The position numbers were made by a program, and so were the translations under genes. Of a stretch of 36,814 nt of DNA, positions 21,648 to 32,006 are shown in pieces (the stretch's first letter is position 1; the number at the start of each line of letters is the position of its first letter). The stretch is taken from contig NC_068998.1 of NCBI RefSeq assembly GCF_001194135.2, positions 11,383,389 to 11,420,202 of the forward strand. The letters run 5' to 3'. The notes under the pieces are model-generated. The model made no database searches. It was not told the DNA's origin and saw nothing but the letters and a program-made list of their open reading frames with translations. Source of the DNA: Octopus bimaculoides. Taxonomy: Eukaryota.

Positions 21648-23862
21648 ATTTGGGGATGGTCAGTTTAGCCAATAAAAACACACGCACTGTATATTTGGTG
21701 TTAATTTGCTTCAGCTTTATATTACATTACATTACATTAATCATATTTCGGCCAGAGTTCTTTCGTCACACTTCTGTGACCTCATCAGTGGTCCTTTGCT
21801 TTCTTCTTTCTTATGTGTGTCCCACCTTGCTAACGATCAGCCGTCTGTGTTTGGCCCCTCATCATCACTTGACAACCGATGTTGGTGTGTTTAGACCTAT
21901 GGAATAAGTACTAGGCTTACAAAGAATAAGTCCTGGGGTCGATTTGCATGAGCTACTAATCCAACGTGTTATTTTATTAAGAGTGAGGTCAGTATTTAAA
22001 AAAAATAATCTCTATCAATCATTGTTCAATTGTTATATCTTAAAATTCTCCGAAATGTCTTTTGTTTCAATTTCTTTGTTTCATTTCTAGTGGCTGGATT
22101 ATTTAATAACATTGTCAACAGAACAACTTAAACAGCTAACAGAAGGAACAATAACGGTAAATATAATAATTATTTCTCCTCCGTTTTGTCAGTTGTTATC
22201 AAAATATTCTATTGAGGAATGAGTGCTGTCTTGTTGTTTTCTCATATGTCATACAAATGTGATGTCAGCTCTGTAAGTCACATCGGAAGATATCTGTTTG
22301 GAAAGGCAGTAACTTTGAATAAGGAGTGACACAGGGCAGAAAGGGTTCTTTTAGGCCAGTAGCTTTTTCTTTTATTTCCTAATAAATAGGATACATAGAG
22401 GGGACGAAGTAGGACAGACAAAAAGGAACATCTAGATCGTTGAGCTTTTTTACAGATGATTTAACGAATGATTTTTATATGAGAATAATATATTATAATA
22501 TGATGATGTTATTGTTTTAAAAATTTGATTACTTTTAGGTTGGGGATGTCTCCCTAACCCACCGGTTGATTTTTTTTGTTTTTCCATTTCTTTTTCTTCT
22601 ATGCCCAGTCCGACCATATTGGCATGGCCCCTTGCATACACAACTTTCTTATGACATCCTTCCATCTTTTGGCAAATACTCTTTGCGACAAGCTCCTCCT
22701 CTTGGAAACAAGATGGGCGGTGAAGTAGTTCACCAGCCCTTCGTCTGGAGATGAACTGTCTTTTAGGCCAGTAGCATGATAAAACACCAAGTTCAGTCTA
22801 CAAAAGCATACACAACTGTAGAGTTGTCTCGTTTTCATTGTTGTTGTGTTTACCAGATGATGCAGACGACAACAAGATGCTGAGAGATCCATCCAGTTTG
22901 TACTAGTATAGGAAAATAAATGATGATGATGACTTCAACAGTCAGTTCTGAGAGGAAGAGAGCATGAAAGAAGATTCGACCCTACTTCCTTACTGGTACT
23001 CTTTTTATCGACCCTGAAGGGACAAAAGACAGATTTGACATAAACAGTATTTGAACTCAAAGCACAGAGAGCTGGAACAAATACTGCCAGATATAACTGA
23101 TGATGTAGCAATTCTACCAATTTATTATCTTAATTTATTAGTAATTAGAGAATAAATGTCCTGATGGTACCCCAAGGGAAGACCACCCTACTTATTCATC
23201 CAGCTGCAATTAGTCAAAGACATTGTTAGTCAGAGAGAACTCTGTGTCATGTGGCAAATAAGGCCACAACATGATCTCTCCAATCAGCTCTGTTTTCTTT
23301 TCTACTCTAGGCACAAGGCCCGAAATTTGGGGGGAGTGCCCACTCAATTAGATACGCAACTAGTACCTAATTTGGGGGGAGGGCCCACTCAATTAGATAT
23401 GTAACTGGTACCTAATTTTGGGGGAGGGCCCACTCAATTAGATATGCAACTGGTACCTAATTTATCGACCCCAAAAGAATGAAAGGAAAAGTCGACTTCG
23501 GTAGAATTTGAACTCAGAATGTAAAGATAGACGAAATACCACTAAGCATTTCACCCGGCGTGCTAACATTTCTGCCAGCTCGCTGCCTTAATCAGCTCTG
23601 TTTTCTGGCACTGTTCTGGTCTTATTCCAGCTTCTCCACCCTTCTAGTCTCTCCTTGTCGATGGTCCTTTGCCATGTGGCTTTGGGGTACCTTTCTGCTC
23701 TTTTCCTTTCCTCTCAGGTTGCCACTTTTGTGCCACCATACAATCGCTTTCTCAATCTTGTCTGAGGACATGTCTGATCCAGCTCCAGTGTCTGCAGTTT
23801 ATTCAGCAACAAATTGCAAAACCATCTTTCTTGTACTTTGAAAGACTACTATCATGTATGTA

Positions 23863-23900
<38 letters not shown>

Positions 23901-26900
23901 GTCTATGTATGTTTGTATGTGACTACAAGAAACAACCATTGTCAAATCCTCAATAGAAATACATGACTATTACAAACACTCGTTTCTTCTATGTTGGAAA
24001 ATCTGAAGACCTTTTTTGGTTTAATAAAGAATGAATTTGTTTTATTTGTGTTGCAGAGTAACTGTCCAGATAGCCTGAAAGAATACATTGAGACATGCAT
24101 AGAATTGTCTACACACCGGAAACGGTTGGACAATTTTGATCCTCCACCACTTAATTCATTTTTCACTGAAGGCCTGACTATGAAGAAAAAACATGAAATA
24201 ACTGCCATGTCAAGTCTTGTCCATAATCTAGCCTCTCGTGCAAACATCCATACTTTGGTTGATGTTGGTTCTGGTCTGGTGAGTATTGCTTCTTGCATTG
24301 AAACAAAGTTTAAACTAATTTTAATTATTTTATGCACAGCACAACACAGCACTCACTGGATAATGTGAAATATTTAATCTTTTAATCCACAGGGTTACAT
24401 AGATCATGCATTATCTTCTACGCATGGCTATGATATTTTGGGCATTGAATGCCAGGAAATTTTTGCTCACAAATCTGAAATGCGTGCTGCTCAATTCGGT
24501 AAGAATTATTCCATAACCACAAATAACCAATTTACCATTTTACTGCTGTGTTTTGGAATACTTCAAATCTATTTTTGCTTTTCGCTTTCTTCCTCCACAG
24601 AAATTGAACAGCTTCCAACTTGTAAATTTTCCACTTGCATCCTTCAATTGAAGCAGTCAAAAGAATGCCTGCAACAGTTTCAAGAAGCCCTCAGTAATCA
24701 TCAGCAACAGCATAAAAGACCTTCTACCACAGCGCCACCCTCCGCAGAAGAACCTGTAATGTTGATGGGGTTACATTGTTGTGGTGATTTGACACCAACA
24801 GTCTTGAACATCTTCCTGCAGCTAAACCAAGCTCATATATTGTCTTGTATCAGTTGTTGCTACCACAAAATGGATTATAACGGTGAGTTCTTATCATGTC
24901 TGCAGTAAAGTTCTTCAGTAAAGATCTATTTCCATTTTTGATTCGATTTTAGGCTTTTTCTCAAAAATTCCATTGTTAGAATATATCCGATTCACACATG
25001 AATGGACATCCTTGTCAAACAGTTCATCGTGGTGGTGGTGGTGGCGGCTTTGGCGGCGACGACGACTTCGTGAGGAAGGAGGTTGTCCTAACATGCCTCA
25101 CTAGTTTTGATCTACTTGGACTTTTCACGTTAAAGTCCTTGAGATACCATACAGTATTACTGATAATGATAATTTCTATAATAAGTACAAGGCTACTAAT
25201 ATTGACTGGAAGTGTGCAGTCAACTTAATCGTCCACACTACATGAATAATACTTACTTTATTGACCATCAAAGGAATGAAAATGCAGTTTACTTCGAGAT
25301 TTGAAGCCAGAATGTAAGGGAGATAACTACATACATCCCCCCACCACCACTACATCGGGCTTTTCGTCCAGTTCTCTACCGTTACTGCCATTCACTGTTC
25401 TAATTAATAAATTATTTCTGCTTTTGGTATCAGGACGTATTATTATAGAAAAAGAAAAGTTTAATTTAACCAGCATCAGTACTTTACTGTTACTGAGTGC
25501 GAATTTATCGACCCCCTTTTGTGATCGATATATTCACACTCAAATCATACCCTACCATCTCTTAAAAGAAGGATGCTATCGGACAGGAAAAAGATCGTTG
25601 GTCACAGCTGTGACCAGCGATCTTCTGTAATCGTTATTTTCCTGAGGTGGGGCATCATTGTTGTTTTAAAGAAGTTGTTCCTCTTTACCCATTTTTTGGT
25701 TGTTTTATAATGACTTTTCTTTTTATTTTATTCATTTTAGATGAAACGTAATTTAACAAACAAAACAATATCCCTAGAATTCAGCCGAGACATGGCTGAA
25801 GTCTGTCAAGGCTAACTATGAAATGGGAGAATGACCAACAAATTTGGCCATTGTGGGCATTAGTGGGTGGGGTTGGGTTAAGAATATAGTTCGTGAAAGA
25901 GTATAATATGATGTTTAAGGTCAGTGACCCGGGTGAGATAGGAGTCAGCTTGACTGGTTCTTTGATAGGTTAGAAGTGGGGTGTTGGTAATATTTTATTA
26001 TACTAGGCTTAGAGAAGTGGGTAGCTGGGAGAAGACAGAAAATAGAGTAAGGATCAAGAATAAAGAAAGTAAAAGTGAAGAAGTATAAATGCATAAAGCC
26101 AATTATATATATATATATATATATACATACATGCTGCCTGACTGGCTCCTGTGCATGTAGCACCATTCAAGCATGGCCAATGCCAGTGCTGCCTGACTAG
26201 CTCCCATGTCGGTGGCACGTAAAAAGCACCCACTACACTCTCAGAGTGATTGACATTAGGAAGGGCAACCAGCTGTAAGAAACCTTGCCAGATCAGATTG
26301 GAGCCTGGTGCAGCCTCCCAGCTTTTCAATCCTCTGTCAAACTGTCCAACCCATGCTAGCATAGAAAGCGGATATTAAACAACAATGATGATGATGATAT
26401 ACATGTGTGAGTGTCACAGTTATACAAGTAGTGTCATTCATTTCCAATATTCTGTGAAAATATCTCAGAGCAAAGGGAAATATTATCTTACTTTGAAACT
26501 AGTGAGGACTGAAAAAGAAAAGGCATCTGGCCATAGAAAAGTAGGCATTAAAATGATGGTGATGTTCTGCAGTGTGATTGCTGTTTTTGAAGATAAATCT
26601 AATCTGCAGTCTTTCTTTCTAAAGCACAGATATATAATTATTTTCTTAGTTCTCTCTTGTTTTAGATATTGCTGCACAGAAACACTGTCTGCTTTTGCAC
26701 AAAACTCCCAACTACTTTTTATTTCTTGGAACAAAATTTTATTTGTTCTATTTGCATTACAATCAAGGCAGGATTAGCTTAGCACAGCCACTATATAAAT
26801 GATTTAAGTGCTTTACTTTGTATGAGTGCCACTGTTGTTATTATTGCTCTCTTCAAAATTACTTGTTAAACTGTTTGGAATATTTTTTCCTACTTCCTGT

Positions 26901-29010
26901 TCATTAAAATATTCATTTTATTCATTCATTTGTGTTGTTTGCTCACATTGTTTGCTATTTCAGTATTTTGTTTTGTACTCTGTATTTAGTAGCCCTTTTC
27001 TTGAGTTGAATGTCTGTCGGTAAACCATTCCACTTTATTTCTTTTGTTTCTAGTCAATGAACATCAATTTACTAATTTCCCCATGAGTGCCAAGGCCAAG
27101 AGAGCTTTTAGCTTCCAACAAGGGATCAATGGGTTCTCTCATCTGAATGTCTATGCCCTGAGATTGGCAGCTCAGCAGACAAAGTAAGAAAAGTTCACAT
27201 GAGAATTTTTTTTTAAACCTTGATATTTGTGTGTATATATGTGTATGTGTGCATATGTAGTGGGGAGGATTGCAGTCATCATCGTCATCATCATCGTTTA
27301 ACGTCCGCTTTCCATGCTAGCATGGGTTGGACGATTTGACTGAGGACTGGTGGACCAGGTGGCTACACCAGGCTCCAATCTGATTTGGCAGAGTTTCTAC
27401 AGCTGGATGCCCTTCCTAACAAGCAACCACACCGAGAGTGTAGTGGGTGCTTTTCCGTGCCACTGGCACGAAGGCCAGTCAGGCGGTACTGGCAACGGCC
27501 ACACTCGAAATGGTGTATTTTACGTGCCACCTGCACAGGAACCAGTCCAGCGGCATTGGCAACGATCTCGCTTGAATGTCTTTTCAAGTGCCAGGTAACG
27601 ATCACGCTCAAATGGTGCTATTTACGTGCCACCAGCAGTATATCCACAAATATGCATTTATTCATTCCTTCCATTTAATGTCCATTTTTCCATGGTAACA
27701 TCATTAAACTGGTGATGATGATGATGAAGAAAACGATGATGATCATCATCCATTTTCATTTTATAAAACCCTTTAAAATAATCAAATATTTTTATATTGT
27801 CAGAAGTCAGTGGATGAACCAAACAGAAGCTCAGTATGACTACTGTAAAAAGAACGTGACATTGCGAGGGTTGCTTGAAATCTTGTTTCTCAAAGGTTAG
27901 TTGTAAACATTCAGCTTTATCTTAAAAAATTCTTCACCTTCTTCTGCCTTAACGAACAAATCATTATCTTGATAACAAAGCTGGTTCTCTTGAATCTGTG
28001 TATGCATATGTGTGTGTGTATAATATATATATATATTTCTCCGTTTTCTTTTGTTCTCTCCCCTTGTTTTTTCTCTCAATCTTTTCTGTCAAAGAGCATA
28101 GGTTTGAAACATCAAAGACTTTTCCATTTTACCTGAGCATCAAACTAATACACCTGTTTGCTGTTCCCTTGTCAGTCTCTGTCTTGTACATTTGAACCAA
28201 ATATATATATATGTATAGGTGTAGGAGTGGCTATGTGGTAAGTAGCTTGCTTACGAACCACATGGTTCCGGGTTCAGTCCCACTGCGTGGCGGCACCCTG
28301 GGCAAGTATCTTCTACTATAGCCTCGGGCCGACCAAAGCCTTGTGAGTGGATTTGGTAGATGGAAACTGAAAGAAGCCCGTTGTATATATGTATATATCA
28401 ATCCCAGGACTTATTCTTTGTAAGCCTAGTGCTTATTCTATCGTTCTCTTTTGCCGAACCGCTAAGTTACGGGGATGTAACCACACCAACATCGGTTGTC
28501 AAGCGATGTTGGGGGGACAAACACAGACACACATGCGCACACGCACACACACACACATATACATATATACGATGGGCTTCCTTCAGTTTTCGTCTACCAA
28601 ATCCACTCACAATGCTTTGGTCAGCCTGAGGCTTTAGTAGAAGACTCTCGCCCAAGGTGCCATGCAGTGATACTGAACCCAGAACCATGTGGTAGGTAAG
28701 CAATCTACTTACCACACAGCCACTCCTATATATACATAAATCGATAGATAGATAGATATTAAGGCGGTGAGCTGGCAGAAACATTAGCACGCCGGGCGAA
28801 ATGCTTAGCGGTATTTCACTCGCCACTACGTTCTGAGTTCAAATTCCGCTGAGGTCAACTTTGCCTTTCATCCTTTCAGGGTCAATAAAATAAGTACCAG
28901 TTACGTACTGGGGTCTATATAATCGACTTAATTCATTTGTCTATCCTTGTTTGTCCCCTCTGTGTTTAGCCCCTTGTGGGCAGTAAAGAAATGAGATAGA
29001 TAGATAGGTA

Positions 29011-29044
<34 letters not shown>

Positions 29045-29332
29045 GATAGATAGATATACTCAAGTTTGTGTCCATCTGTTGGTGGGTGTATATTTATGAA
29101 GATATAATATATATTTGTCAACATTGCCTCATTCACTTCCCCATCTCTCTATCTACACACGCACACACACACACACACACACAAACACACTGCCTCCCCA
29201 CTTTATCCTCCCCCCTTTCCTCTTCTTCCACCTCCTTTTTGGCCTGATAATTGCAAATGGTTTATCTGGCTAAGGTCCTGTTTTTAGAAAAGTATTTATT
29301 GATCCTCATAAATACTTTTCTCCTTTGTTCTA

Positions 29333-29369
<37 letters not shown>

Positions 29370-31956
29370 CCCCTCTCTCTCTCATTGTCATGGATCCTGT
29401 TTCTTTCAATTTATCTCTATATCTAGGGCATATTTGTACTTGTTATCTTTCTTTTACCTCTATTCAGAGGAATTCTTCATACACCTATACTTATACACAT
29501 GTTGTAATGTAATTCGTTATTTACAATGAATAAGATAACCAGACAACAGTCAGAACAACATAACGAACTAACAATTCTTTTTACCAACCAACAATTAATA
29601 TTCCTTGTGAACTAACCATCTGACGCCTTCCGACTTCACTCGACTCCAAACTCTGAACTCTTGAACTCACTCAGATTGTTACTATTTATACTTTACTCGG
29701 ACCAGTCTATCTCTTGCAAGGGGGCGTCGTAACCCTCATCACAGCATCTGCCTTTTTGAGATTTTGACCACTCTGAGAAAGTGGAATTCCTATTTTTTTC
29801 TTTCCTGTACTTCACCTTTTTTTTTAGCTGTTGTATCTTAATTGTTGCCCAACTTTTGAGGTAGTATTGTTCATTGCACACAGCACTTTTTCTTTTCATT
29901 GTACTAAGCACTCTTGTTAGCACTTGGTTTTCTTTTCTTTTCTTTTTGTTTTTTTTTTGGAAAATTTAATATCTTTTTCAATTAGTTGTTACTTCCAGAT
30001 ATTCAGTCTGTTTCCATTTTCTGAAGCTAGTTCTTCAGAGTTCAGCATCAGCTGAGATGACACTTTATTCAACTGACAGAGGAAGGTGACTGATCAAACT
30101 GATTATGTAAACAGAATTCTTTTCCACCTATTCTTGTCAGAACCTTTGATACGGAGTATCAAAAGTTTAATCTCTTTCACACTGATAAAATGTCAAGCAA
30201 ACTTAAAAATTTGTCGTTACTGTTATTGTCAGTATGAGCAGAACTTATGAATCGTTTGCTGCGAAGGAGAAATTAAATATGTAGAATATGCATTTGAACG
30301 TGGCAATAGAGCCAATGTTTGAAATTGGCGTAAACAGTACGACAAACTTAAAACTCTGCCTAGTAATAAACAGACAAAAATAAAAACATACTATCAACAT
30401 TATCCATATCGTTACATTTTTTTTCAGTCAGGAATATCCATATCACTATGTATGTCAATGGTGCTCCATTGTGATTGGTAGAAACTCCAAGCAATGTAAA
30501 ATATGGCCCTGACCGTGTTTACCAGCATGAAGGTCAGACTTCAAAAAATAGTTAACCAGGCACAGGAGTGGCTGTGTGGTAAGTAGCTTGCTTACCAACC
30601 ACATGGTTCCAGGTTCATTCCCACTGCGTGGCACCTTCGGCAAGTGTCTTCTACCATAGCCTTGGGCCGACCAAAGCCTTGTGAGTGGATTTGCTAGATG
30701 GAAACTGAAAGAAGCCCTTCATATATATGTATATGCATGTGTGTGTCTGTGTTTGTCCCCCCCAACATCGCTTGACAACCGATGCTGGTGTGTTTACGTC
30801 CCTGTAACTTAGCGGTTCGGCAAAAAAGACCGATAGAATAAGTACTAAGCATCCAAAGAATAAGTCCTGGGGTCGATTTGCTCGACTAAAGGCGGTGCTC
30901 CAGCATGGTGACAGTTAAATGACTGAAACAAGTAAAAAAAAAAAAAAAATTTAATTGTTTTAGTAAATTTATACAGAAAAAGTAAGCATTATACCGTCAA
31001 CTTCATATTTAAGCCATTATTTTTTCTGTAAAAACCTTTTCTGACAATAAATGAGTCAAATGTTTACGTTTTGTGCATCTTTTTGCAACAAAAAAAAATT
31101 CTGGAAACTATCTACTCATGTAATTTACACACCCTCTGAAGTTTATTTTTATTTTTGTGAAAAAAAAGTGCATAAATTACATGGGTTTTTACGGTAGATA
31201 AAATTATCTCATTCGGTTTCTGGGAAGAGCCTCTCCACCACTCAATCTGCTGAATTCATTTCCTACTTTTGTTTATGCTGAATTGGTAATGCTTTTCTAT
31301 GTATTTATATATAACTAGCTTAAAAACTGCCCTATTGGGTGACTTTGAAGCTACCTTCTGTGGCAGGCTCTTGATTGGGCCTTGGACCCAACAATGACAC
31401 TTCATGTATTGAGTGCATATTTAATTTTATTATATTTGAACAAAATTTTTCAAACAGTTAAGTATTACATTAATATTTAAGCTTAACTTTTAAAAGGGAG
31501 GGGGAAGAGAGAAAGAGATTTAGAGAGATAGAGATTTAGAGAGAAAGAAATTTAGAGGGAGAGAGATTAAATGAAAGGAGTAGAGTGGATAGAGAATAAT
31601 AGTGAAAGAGAATAAAACCATTCCCATAGAGAAAATGCTGGAAAACTTTTCGTTTTTTTGGACGATATATGATAAAGCTGTTGAAAATATGGAAATTGCA
31701 AAGAGAAATGTTGCCTATCTATGTATCTATGTGTCTGATAGTTATTCTGTCTGTCTGCCTCTCTCTCTCTAATACACACTCTCTCTCTCCCTCTGTCTGT
31801 CTGTCTCTCAGTAAATAGCCGTGAATATTACTGTTACTTTTCTACAGTTGAAGGGAGAGGTAGAAGGAAGAATAGAAATAAAATGTGTTAAGCACAGGAG
31901 GTCTAGTTGAAGTGAGTAGCAGAGTGAGAAAGAAGGAGGGACATAGAGAGAGTGAG

Positions 31957-32006
<50 letters not shown>

